Assembly (NCBI GenBank): GCA_963737265.1
Contig: CAVTRY010000011.1
Span: 160,001-224,000, forward strand
Reading direction: 5' to 3'
DNA from: an uncultured delta proteobacterium
GTDB lineage: Bacteria; Myxococcota_A; Polyangia; Fen-1088
DNA: 64,000 nucleotides
Below, one piece after another: positions 52,909 to 61,207 of this stretch. Every line of letters starts with the position of its first letter. Within the stretch, counting starts at the first letter, position 1. The position numbers and the translations under genes were made by a program. The notes below the pieces were generated by a model. That model saw only the letters and a program-made list of their open reading frames with translations, was not told the origin of the DNA and did not search any database.

Positions 52909-53634
52909 CTATTTCTTGCGCCGCGCTTGCGGTCGGCCGCGATCGCGCGCGGCCGCGTCGTTGTCGGGCAATTGCGCCGCCACCGAAAATTCGATGGAAC
53001 AGCAGGCGTCGTCGGCGTGGCCGCGGCTGATCTCCGCCTCGCTGCGCAGCCCTGTCAGCAGCGGCGGTGTCACGCCGAAGTTTGCCTTCCGCCGGGCGAG
53101 GTGCACCGCCACCGAAGCGAAAGCACGGACCAGCGGAAAGGCCACCACCACCAGCGCCGCCGTTTGCTGGCGTTCTGCCCCGTGGCGCAGCCGAACCCAC
53201 GCGGCGTCGGGCAGACGAGGATTCCTGTCGCCCAGATCCACCGCGACCAGATCGAAGCCGCCCGCGTCGATCAGCAACTCGGCCGCGCGCAAGGCCTGCT
53301 TGTCCGCCGCATGCACCCACAACAAGCGTTCGAGGGGCACGCCCGCCCGCGCCGCCAGGCGAGCGTCAAAGGCCTTCTCGGCATCCACCAGCGCCGCCGC
53401 GCCACCCCCCTTCAACACGCTCGCCAGCGACGCATACAAAATCGAAGTGCGCCCCGACGAGCGCGGTCCCGCAAGCTCGCTCACCCCGCCGCGCGGCCAG
53501 CCGCCGCCGAGGAGCGCATCCAGCGCGGGCAAAGTTGTTGCCACAATCCCGCGCTTCTCCTCCAGACGGCGGGCCGGGATGAGATAAGCCGACAGCGCGG
53601 CCGGAAGCTGGTCGAGCAAGAGTGCAGCAGTCAC
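52909..53634 (-). CDS. imuA: ImuA / RecA-like protein
   Basis: ALDALLGGGWPRGGVSELAGPRSSGRTS, ALVD and GVPLERLLWV; first gene of the cassette. Confidence 0.82.
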   Translation of the reverse strand: MTAALLLDQLPAALSAYLIPARRLEEKRGIVATTLPALDALLGGGWPRGGVSELAGPRSSGRTSILYASLASVLKGGGAAALVDAEKAFDARLAARAGVPLERLLWVHAADKQALRAAELLIDAGGFDLVAVDLGDRNPRLPDAAWVRLRHGAERQQTAALVVVAFPLVRAFASVAVHLARRKANFGVTPPLLTGLRSEAEISRGHADDACCSIEFSVAAQLPDNDAAARDRGRPQARRKK

Positions 53635-53649
53635 AACGGATTAGAGTAA

Positions 53650-53665
53650 CTGAACGTAAGTTCAG
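53650..53665. promoter_or_regulatory. LexA (SOS) box
   Basis: CTGAAC-GTAA-GTTCAG inverted repeat 15 bp upstream of imuA; resembles the Myxococcus LexA consensus ending in GTTCAG. Confidence 0.8.
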
Positions 53666-53690
53666 TATCAAGGCCTGGCCCGTCACGGTC

Positions 53691-54596
53691 TCAGCGCTCG
53701 GCCAGCAGCAACGCGATCCCCACCAAGACGCCGGCGAGGGCAAAGGCTTTCTTGAGGCGCTGGCGTTCGCCAAACGCGAGACTGCCCAGCGCGAAGCTAA
53801 TCACCACGTTGCCGCGACGGAGGGTGGACACCACGCTGACCAGCGCGCCGGGCGTCGCCAACGCCTTGAAATAGAGCGCGTCCGCCAGCAGCAGGAGCAG
53901 GCCCACCGCGGGGATGGCCAAGCGCATGCGAAAGGGCGTGGTGCGTGCCCGGCCAGGCAGCCAAAAGACCAGCACGAGCAAGCCCTGCAAAATCGTGTTG
54001 TCCAGGGTGAACCAGAACTGCACGTCGAGGGCCGGCAGGCGCACGGACTGAAGCAGGTGCTTGTCGTAAAGGCCGCTCCCGGCGCCCACCAAAGTGCCAA
54101 GGAACAGCGACCACACCCAAAGGTTGCGTCCGAAGTGGATCCCTTCGTCGCGGCCGATGACCGAAAAGGCAAAGTACGCGACCAGAATGACGGCGATGCC
54201 TGCCCACTGCGCCCCGCTGGGATGTTCGCCAAATAGCAGCACTGCCCCAAGCAGCGTGAACAGCGGCGCGCTCGCGCGCACGGGCGCCGCCAGCGACAAG
54301 GGCAAGTGCTTGAGCGCGAAGAAGGTCAGCACCCACGACAGCGTCACCAGCGCCGCCTTGGCCAAAATAAGCGCGTGCCCCACGGTCGACAATCCGTGCA
54401 CACGCATTCCCCACCCAGCCGCCGCGTGCGGCGCCAGCAGCGAAAACACCCCGATGGGCGCCAGCAGCACGAGCCCGCTCGCGCTGCACGCGAACAGCAC
54501 CACCAGCACCGCGTTGCCGTTTACGGAAGCCTTCTTGGCGACGTCGTAAACGCCGAGAAAAATCGCCGACAGCAGCGCGAGCAGAATCCAGGACAT
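53691..54596 (-). CDS. EamA/DMT transporter
   Basis: About 10 TM helices, YDVAKK, ALKHLPLS..P and FGE motif twice. Confidence 0.88.
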   Translation of the reverse strand: MSWILLALLSAIFLGVYDVAKKASVNGNAVLVVLFACSASGLVLLAPIGVFSLLAPHAAAGWGMRVHGLSTVGHALILAKAALVTLSWVLTFFALKHLPLSLAAPVRASAPLFTLLGAVLLFGEHPSGAQWAGIAVILVAYFAFSVIGRDEGIHFGRNLWVWSLFLGTLVGAGSGLYDKHLLQSVRLPALDVQFWFTLDNTILQGLLVLVFWLPGRARTTPFRMRLAIPAVGLLLLLADALYFKALATPGALVSVVSTLRRGNVVISFALGSLAFGERQRLKKAFALAGVLVGIALLLAER

Positions 54597-55049
54597 GAGC
54601 GCGGGCTTTATACCGGGCCTAGGCTGCGCTGAGGCGGAAAGAATCTGAGTTTTCCACCACGCGCTGCCGCCAAAGGATTCCCGTGAGGCGAGTGGCTGAC
54701 CCTCTCCAGCGTCCGAACGCCGCCGCCCCCCGACGACTCGGCCCCTCGGCGCGAGCGCTTGGACGCCGACGATCCCGGCGGAACCATCAAACTTTAGGCT
54801 CGGTTCTACTTTAGACGCGTCGACCTCGCTGCCCACCGGCCCTATTGTACGGTGCCCTCGGGCTGCTGCGCGGCTGGCGGGGCCGTGTCCTTCACCGCTA
54901 CCAGTTGACCGAGCTCTACACGTCGGTCATCCTCGCAACATGATCCATGTTTCGAAGGACACCCACCGATTCCTCGCGCGAAGGCTTCGCCTGTGGACCG
55001 GCTTCCGCAACTGCCTATGCGCTCAACAAGAAGGAAAGGAGTACGCGAG

Positions 55050-55493
55050 ATGAAACTTCTTGGCTCCGTCCTCGTTCTCTTGATGCTGACTTCGGCTTCA
55101 CTAGCGAAGAAAGCAGAAAGACGCGAGAAGAAATCCGACCCTGTTCACACGGTCAATACCCTAAAAGCCAAGGGAAAGAGTATTTCGTTTACGTGCAGTC
55201 CCACCAATTGTAGGGAACAACAAGACGGCAGTCTCTTGTTCAACTTGAGTTGTCAGACCAACAGGGAAAACGACAAGTTGGAAGTATCTGTGGGAGACAA
55301 GAGCCAAACCATCCAGTCCTACGGGTTCGTTGACATTCCCGGGGAGATAAAGGCGCCCAAGAAAGGATCTGTCCCGATCAAGATATCCGTCAGCGAGGAT
55401 GAAGGCTCCCCCCAAACGACGTTCACGTTCAAATACACCGTAGAGCAAATAAAGCGGCCCACCTGTCGAAAGTACGGTGATGTAGAGCTATAG
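55050..55493 (+). CDS. secreted hypothetical protein (lower GC)
   Basis: AAGGAG RBS, signal peptide MKLLGSVLVLLMLTSASLA, beta-rich, 4 Cys. Confidence 0.6.
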   Translation: MKLLGSVLVLLMLTSASLAKKAERREKKSDPVHTVNTLKAKGKSISFTCSPTNCREQQDGSLLFNLSCQTNRENDKLEVSVGDKSQTIQSYGFVDIPGEIKAPKKGSVPIKISVSEDEGSPQTTFTFKYTVEQIKRPTCRKYGDVEL

Positions 55494-56212
55494 CGGCCCG
55501 AATACCTTTCCCGGCTGCGGCGCGGATGACGTCAGCAGACCCCATCTTATCTCGGGCGGCGTGGGTGGCGATGGTCTCATGCGCGGGATGCTGAAGCGGG
55601 CCAATCTGCTGTTCGACGTGGACGTTCATGATGACCGCGAGATCGAGGATCGTCTCGACTCAAGGAAATCGGACGGACTACCGGTCGCAGATCTTGTGCG
55701 TGCGCCTCGAGAAAGAATCTCGGTTGGTCGGCCATTTCCGTGTGCATCGTACTACTAACGGCGGGCTTTTCCATCGGCGCGGTGGCGGGAGTGGCGGGAA
55801 GACGGGTGGGGCGGCTTCTGTCTTTGTGCGGGGACGACCATCGAACTGGCGACGTAACCAGTCGAGATGTCTAGAGTTTCTATCGATGCCATCGGGCGGA
55901 TACCCCACGGTTACCCCCAAACCCTGACCCCTTGCCCGCCAATACCTTCTCGGCAGTTTCCTTCCTCTCAAAGGTCCGAGTCTTGCGCTCGCTGTTACCG
56001 ACCCACCTCGCCAACACCGGGGCCGCAGAAGGTGCGCGCGGACCCACCCGTCGGGGATCGGCCGCCAGGGTGCCCGGACAGTCCCGCGCCTGCGCGTGAG
56101 GCCGCGCGATTCGAGGGGCGGCGGCGTGCTATGCCTCTATGCCTGCGTACCTTGAACTCTATCTTTCGGATTCACCACACTCTAAAAGTTTTTTCTTTAG
56201 AAGAAGAGTTGA

Positions 56213-56230
56213 TGCTATACTCGTATAGCA
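56213..56230. promoter_or_regulatory. TA operator palindrome
   Basis: TGCTATAC-tc-GTATAGCA overlapping a TATACT -10, just upstream of the antitoxin. Confidence 0.75.
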
Positions 56231-56243
56231 CTTAAACGGAGAC

Positions 56244-56465
56244 ATGCTCATGCTTGCTATTCGACTCCCGGAAGATGTGGAGCGGCGCCTTGCGGTTCTG
56301 GCGAAGAGAACTGGGAGGACGAAGACGTTCTACGCACGCGAAGCCATCATCGAGCACCTAGAAGACCTTGAGGACGTCTACCTTGCAGAAGCGAGCTACG
56401 CCGAGATCCGCGCGGGCGCCAAGACCATCCCTCTCGAAGACGTGTTGAAGGAATACGGGCTGTAG
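56244..56465 (+). CDS. RHH antitoxin (RelB-like)
   Basis: MLAIRLPEDVERRLAVLAKRTGRTKTFYAREAI..LEDLED. Confidence 0.88.
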   Translation: MLMLAIRLPEDVERRLAVLAKRTGRTKTFYAREAIIEHLEDLEDVYLAEASYAEIRAGAKTIPLEDVLKEYGL

Positions 56466-56477
56466 CTCTCAGCAAAG

Positions 56478-56765
56478 ATGGGCAACCGCGCCTGGACCAT
56501 CGAGTTTTCCCGTGAGGGTAAGCGGAACCTCGACGACCTGGACCGCTCGATCAGTAGGCGCATTCTAGGCTTTCTCCGTGAGCGTTTGGTGAAGCTCGAA
56601 GATCCGCGAAGTCTTGGCGAGGCACTGCACGGTCCGCAGTGGGGGGAGTTCTGGAAGTATCGGGTTGGTGACTACCGCATCGTGGCCAAAATCGAGGATC
56701 AACTGATCCGGATTCTTGTAGTCCGGATTGGGCACAGAAGTGAAGTTTACCGGGACAAGGGCTGA
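56478..56765 (+). CDS. relE: RelE/ParE-family toxin
   Basis: DPRSLGEALHG, WKYRVGDYRI and IGHRSEVY motifs. Confidence 0.9.
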   Translation: MGNRAWTIEFSREGKRNLDDLDRSISRRILGFLRERLVKLEDPRSLGEALHGPQWGEFWKYRVGDYRIVAKIEDQLIRILVVRIGHRSEVYRDKG

Positions 56766-57129
56766 ACGCCCCTGGTGTGCGACGGCGCCCAAGTGCCCTC
56801 AAAACGCGCCAGCCACTCCTCGCCAAGTCCTGTAGTGTGTTTATCGCCGAGTCGGCGCGGGAGGCCCTCAGCGCCTTCCTGTGCGCACTGGGGTCGATAC
56901 CATCGCGAAGCAACTTGCGCGCCTCGTTCCGCTTCTCGCGGGCCTCGGCCAAGGTCACCTCGGGGTACGTGCCAAGGGACAGCAGCTTCTCCTTCTTGGC
57001 GATGCGGTACTTGAGCCTCCACCACTTGCCGCCGGCCGGGGCGACCTCCAGGTACATCCCGCCGGCGTCGTAGAGGCGTGTCCGTTTCCCCGTGGGCTTG
57101 GCCTTCTTGCAAGCGGTGTCTGTGAGCAT
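56766..57129 (-). pseudogene. truncated P4-type tyrosine integrase (arm-binding domain only)
   Basis: MLTDTACKKAKP..LYDAGGMYLEV..GGKWWRLKYR..KEKLLSLGTYPEVTLAEAR..GIDP; frameshifted EEWL..WAPSH; no catalytic domain. Confidence 0.88.
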
Positions 57130-57310
57130 TTCAGGACTCCAATTGGGGGTAACTCGTTTTCGATCCTGCGAGTTACCCCCAAGGCTACCCCCCACGCGCC
57201 TGCGGCTGTCAACGAACGCAAGCGGACGTTGACGGAGCCAAAACGGCGCCAAGATGCTGGTTTCTCTGGCGGCTGCGAACGTGCGCGGCCGGGTGCGGAC
57301 CTTGGCACTG

Positions 57311-57395
57311 TGCCGGGGACGGGATTCGAACCCGTACGCCGCTTTCGCGACAGCGGATTTTAAGTCCGCGGCGTCTACCATTTCGCCACCCCGGC
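57311..57395 (-). tRNA. tRNA-Leu(TAA)
   Basis: GCCGGGG/CCCCGGC acceptor, anticodon loop CTTAAAA, long variable arm, GGTTCGAATCC. Confidence 0.95.
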
Positions 57396-57410
57396 GGGGG
57401 TGGGGCGATT

Positions 57411-58019
57411 TTACACCGACTCGAGGCGAACGCGGCGGCCTTCGACGGTGACCTGGCCGCTGGCAACGGCGCGGACCACGGCGGGAAGCAGGCGGTGCTC
57501 TTCGGCGAGGATGCGCTGGCGCAGGCGGTCCTCGTCGTCGTCGGGCAGGACGGGGACGGCGGCCTGGGCGATGATGGGGCCGGTGTCGGTGCCGGCGTCG
57601 ACGAAATGCACGGTGCAGCCGGCGAGCTTGACCCCATAATCGAGTGCCTGTTTCTGCGCGTGCGTGCCGGGAAAGGCCGGCAGGAGGGCAGGGTGGATGT
57701 TGATCACGCGTTGGGGAAAGGCGCCAAGAAACACGGGCGTCAGGACGCGCATAAAGCCGGCCAGCACAACTAGCTCGACGTGGCGGCTGCGTAACTCGGC
57801 GACCAAGGCGCGGTCGAAGTCCTCGCGGGCGGCGAAGGCCTTGTGCGACAGCACGAAGGTGTCGATGCCGGCGGTCTTCGCGCGCTCGAGCGCGAAGCAG
57901 CCAGCAACGTTGGCGCCGACCGCGACAAGCTGGGCGGGGTCAAGCTTGCCGCGTTTCCAAGTGTCGATGAGGGACTGAAGATTGGTGCCGCTGCCCGACA
58001 CCAAGACGCCGGTCCTCAT
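57411..58019 (-). CDS. purN: phosphoribosylglycinamide formyltransferase
   Basis: SGSGTNLQ, LAGFMR, NIHPALLP, GCTVHFV and DTGPII motifs. Confidence 0.96.
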   Translation of the reverse strand: MRTGVLVSGSGTNLQSLIDTWKRGKLDPAQLVAVGANVAGCFALERAKTAGIDTFVLSHKAFAAREDFDRALVAELRSRHVELVVLAGFMRVLTPVFLGAFPQRVINIHPALLPAFPGTHAQKQALDYGVKLAGCTVHFVDAGTDTGPIIAQAAVPVLPDDDEDRLRQRILAEEHRLLPAVVRAVASGQVTVEGRRVRLESV

Positions 58020-59086
58020 GCAAGGAACTCCACCGGCGCATCGACCTGGTCGGAGCGTTGCACGGAGCCGATGGTGAATACCTTTTCGCCTTCGAGCTCG
58101 AGGATGGACTGGGCGGCGTCGGCGGCGCCGGCGGGTACGGCGACGATCATGCCGATGCCCATGTTGAAGGTGCGGCGCATTTCTTCGGGCGCCACGCTTC
58201 CAAGGCGCGCCAGCATGCTGAACAGCGGTGGCGGCTGCCAGGTACGCAGGTCGATTTGCAGTTTTAGCTTGGCGCCCGTGGCGAACATGCGCGTGGGATT
58301 GTCGACCAGGCCGCCGCCCGTGATGTGGGCCGCGCCCTTCATCAGGCCCGAGGCGGCGAGGCGGCGCAGGGCGCGCACGTAGATGCGGGTGGGACGAAGC
58401 AAGGCCTCGCCGAGTGAGGCGTCGAGGTCGCCGGGTTTGCTGCCGAGATCCAAGCCCGCTTCGTCGAGAAACACGCGGCGCACAAGCGAATAGCCGTTGG
58501 AATGAAAGCCAGTGGAGGCGAGCCCGAGCAGGACGTCGCCGGGCTCGAGGGTGCTGCCGTTGATGACCTTCTCTTTGTCGACCACACCGACGCAGAACCC
58601 GGCCAGGTCGTATTCGCCCTTGGCGTAGAAGCCGGGGAGCTCGGCGGTTTCGCCGCCGATGAGGGCGCAGCCCGCTTGTTTGCAGCCGTCGGCGATGCCG
58701 GAGATGACCTGCTCGGCCACGCCGACCTCCAGGTGGCCGGCGGCGAAGTAGTCAAGAAAGAGCAGGGGCTCGGCGCCGCACACGACGAGGTCGTTGGCGT
58801 TCATGGCCACCAGATCGACGCCCACGGTGTCGTGCTTGTCCATCATGAACGCGAGCTTGAGCTTGGTTCCCACGCCGTCGGTGCATGCCACCAAGAGAGG
58901 GTTTTTGTAACCCTTGGGCAATCCGCACAGACCGGCGAATCCGCCCAGGTTGGTCAGCACCTCGGGGCGCATGGTGCGCTTGACGTGTCCCTTGATGCGT
59001 TCGACCAGGGCGTCGCCCGCGTCGATATCCACGCCGGCGTCCCGGTAGGTCAGACCCTTCCTTGGCTTGTCAGAATCGCTCGACAT
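58016..59086 (-). CDS. purM: phosphoribosylformylglycinamidine cyclo-ligase
   Basis: YRDAGVD, TDGVGTK, GGETAELP, HSNGYS, HITGGG and TFNMGIG motifs. Confidence 0.97.
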   Translation of the reverse strand: MSSDSDKPRKGLTYRDAGVDIDAGDALVERIKGHVKRTMRPEVLTNLGGFAGLCGLPKGYKNPLLVACTDGVGTKLKLAFMMDKHDTVGVDLVAMNANDLVVCGAEPLLFLDYFAAGHLEVGVAEQVISGIADGCKQAGCALIGGETAELPGFYAKGEYDLAGFCVGVVDKEKVINGSTLEPGDVLLGLASTGFHSNGYSLVRRVFLDEAGLDLGSKPGDLDASLGEALLRPTRIYVRALRRLAASGLMKGAAHITGGGLVDNPTRMFATGAKLKLQIDLRTWQPPPLFSMLARLGSVAPEEMRRTFNMGIGMIVAVPAGAADAAQSILELEGEKVFTIGSVQRSDQVDAPVEFLA

Positions 59087-59088
59087 GG

Positions 59089-59514
59089 CTACGCGTTCCC
59101 CCACAGTGTGGCAACGACGGTGCGGCTGCCACCATCGTCGCGATGTTCGCCAAGATAGAGGCCCTGCCAGGTGCCGAGGAGCAGCCGTCCATCGCGGACT
59201 GGAATGGTTTGCGATGCACCGAAAATGCCCGACTTCACGTGTGCGGGCATATCATCCGCGCCTTCCAACTGGTGCACGAAATAGCTCGCGCCGTCGGGAA
59301 TGGCCCGCTGGCTCCAGTGCTCAAAGTCGGCGCGAACGTCGGGGTCGGCGTTCTCGTTTAGGAAGAGCGAGGCCGAGGTGTGCTGCAAGAACAAATTGAC
59401 AAGACCCACGCGCAGCTGGGAAATCTCCGGGATGGCGGCAAGGATTTCGCTTGTCACGAGGTGGAACCCGCGCGAGCGCGCCTTGAGTCTGACTATGGCT
59501 TGGTGAAAGATCAC
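59089..59514 (-). CDS. yjbQ: YjbQ / UPF0047 protein
   Basis: HTSASL..NENADPDV, EGADDMPAHVK and LGTWQG motifs. Confidence 0.9.
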   Translation of the reverse strand: MIFHQAIVRLKARSRGFHLVTSEILAAIPEISQLRVGLVNLFLQHTSASLFLNENADPDVRADFEHWSQRAIPDGASYFVHQLEGADDMPAHVKSGIFGASQTIPVRDGRLLLGTWQGLYLGEHRDDGGSRTVVATLWGNA

Positions 59515-59647
59515 GGTCGGTCGACTTCTCGCGCGTCCGTGGGCATTTTGTAAAGAGTGGATTTGCGGGAAGAAATCACGCCCAGGGTGGGTTTTACGCC
59601 TAGGATTATTTCGACCGGGCCAGCCCGCGTGGCGCGGCACTCAAAGG

Positions 59648-61196
59648 ATGACGACTATGCGCAAGACACTGCTATTTTCCACGGGAATCGGAATCATGGG
59701 CCTGGCCTTGGGGCTGGGCGTGGGCATGCGGTCGACGCCCAGGGCAGCGGCGGAGTCGCAGACGGCGATTACGCCGAAGACGCAGGTGCCGCAGGAAGCG
59801 CGTTCGTTGTCCCAGGCTTTCGCGACCACGGCACGCGCGCTTCGGCCGAGCGTGGTGCGGCTGGATATCGAGCTCGAAAACCCGACCAAGGCCAACGGAC
59901 GGCGGCTGCGGCGCGACGACGTGCCGCCTGAGATGGAACGGTTCTTCGAACACTTCTTCGGCGGCGACCCGTCCGAAGGTGGATTTCCGCCCTCGTCGCC
60001 AGGGCGCGGCACGGGGTCGGGGGTGGTGATGGACGGCTCCGGCAACATCATCACCAACAGTCACGTGGCCGAGCACGCGGCCAAGGTGACCGTCATTTTT
60101 GCCGACGGGCGTGAGTTTTCCGCCAAGGTCGTGGGCGCGGATCCCAAGACCGACATCGCGGTGGTGCGCATCGAGAATCCGCCTCCCAATTTGGTTGCGG
60201 CACGCCTGGGCGATTCGACCAATCTCGAAGTCGGCGAGTGGGTGCTGGCCATCGGAAGTCCCTTGGGGCTCGACCAAAGCGTCACCGCCGGCATCATCAG
60301 CGGCAAGGGCAAGGTCACGCGCAACGTGCACATGTCGGGCGAGCGCATGCGCGAGTACATCCAGACCGACGCCAAGATCAATCCCGGCAACTCGGGCGGC
60401 CCCTTGGTCAACTTGCAGGGCGAGGTCATCGGCATCAACACCCTCATCAACGTCGGACCGGGCGGCGCCTATGGTTTCGCCATTCCCATCAATCAGGCGC
60501 GCCAAATGGCCAGGGCGATTATCACCGACGGCCGAGTACGCCATGCGTGGCTGGGCATCGGGCTTGGCGACGTCAAGGATAGCGTGAAGCTTGGGGACGA
60601 CGGCGAACCCGAGCACAAGGAGGGCGAAGGCAAACTGGCCAAAGGCCTGCCTGGCAAAGCTGCGTGGGTCAGCCGTGTGATGCCGAACAGTCCGGCCGAC
60701 AAGGCGGGCGTTCGCGTGGGGGATGTGATCACGCAGATCGATGGACAAAAAATCGAAGGCGCGGCGGATGTGGTGGATTACGTGTCGGCGCAGAAGGTTG
60801 GAAACAAGGTCACGGTTTCGTACACGCGCGACGGTAAGTCCGCAAGCTCGCACGTGACGCTGGGGGAATTGCCAGCGAATCCGTACGCACTGGCGGACTC
60901 GCAGGTGCAGAAGCACAAGATCGGGGCGCAGTTGCAAAGCCTGACGCCAGACATGTTCGAGCTATTTGGGACTCGGACCTGATGCCAAAGGCGCGGTGGT
61001 TACCGAGGTGGAGCCGGGCAGCAGCGCCTCCAAAGCCGGGCTTCTGCCCGAGGATCTCATCGTCGAGATCGATCGCAAGCCGATCGCCGGGGCGGACGAC
61101 GCGGTGGCGGCCTTGCACGGCAACGGCAAGTCCGCCCACCTGCTCAAGGTCCGCCGTGCCGGGACCTTCCGCTTCGTGACCGTCGTTGAACCCTAG
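59648..61196 (+). CDS. degP: HtrA/DegP serine protease with two PDZ domains (frameshift near 60956)
   Basis: TNSHV, DIAV and GNSGGPL triad motifs; second PDZ (GAVVTEVEPGSSASKAGL) in another frame. Confidence 0.85.
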
Positions 61197-61207
61197 CGTT
61201 TTCTGGC

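Larger units (their letters stand above)
55825..57331. mobile_element. tRNA-Leu mini-island with integrase remnant and RelBE
   Basis: TGTGC-GGGGACG..TCGAAC (55825-46) duplicates the tRNA 3' end TGTGCCGGGGACG..TCGAAC (57309-31); TACCCCC arm repeats near both ends. Confidence 0.8.

Noticed and set aside
54600-54850. Riboswitch upstream of eamA
   Set aside because: GC-rich stems are possible, but no recognisable aptamer consensus or terminator was found.
30500-55962. One 25-kb invertible or transposable unit bounded by the inverted homologous arms
   Set aside because: The interval holds core genes (lepA, lepB, dnaE2), and each arm is attached to its own tRNA 3' duplication. The inversion only reflects opposite tRNA orientation.
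55561-55971. Short ORFs 55561..55758 and 55678..55971, and the equivalent ORF 30426..30680
   Set aside because: They have no motifs or RBS, and two of them span the non-coding att arms.
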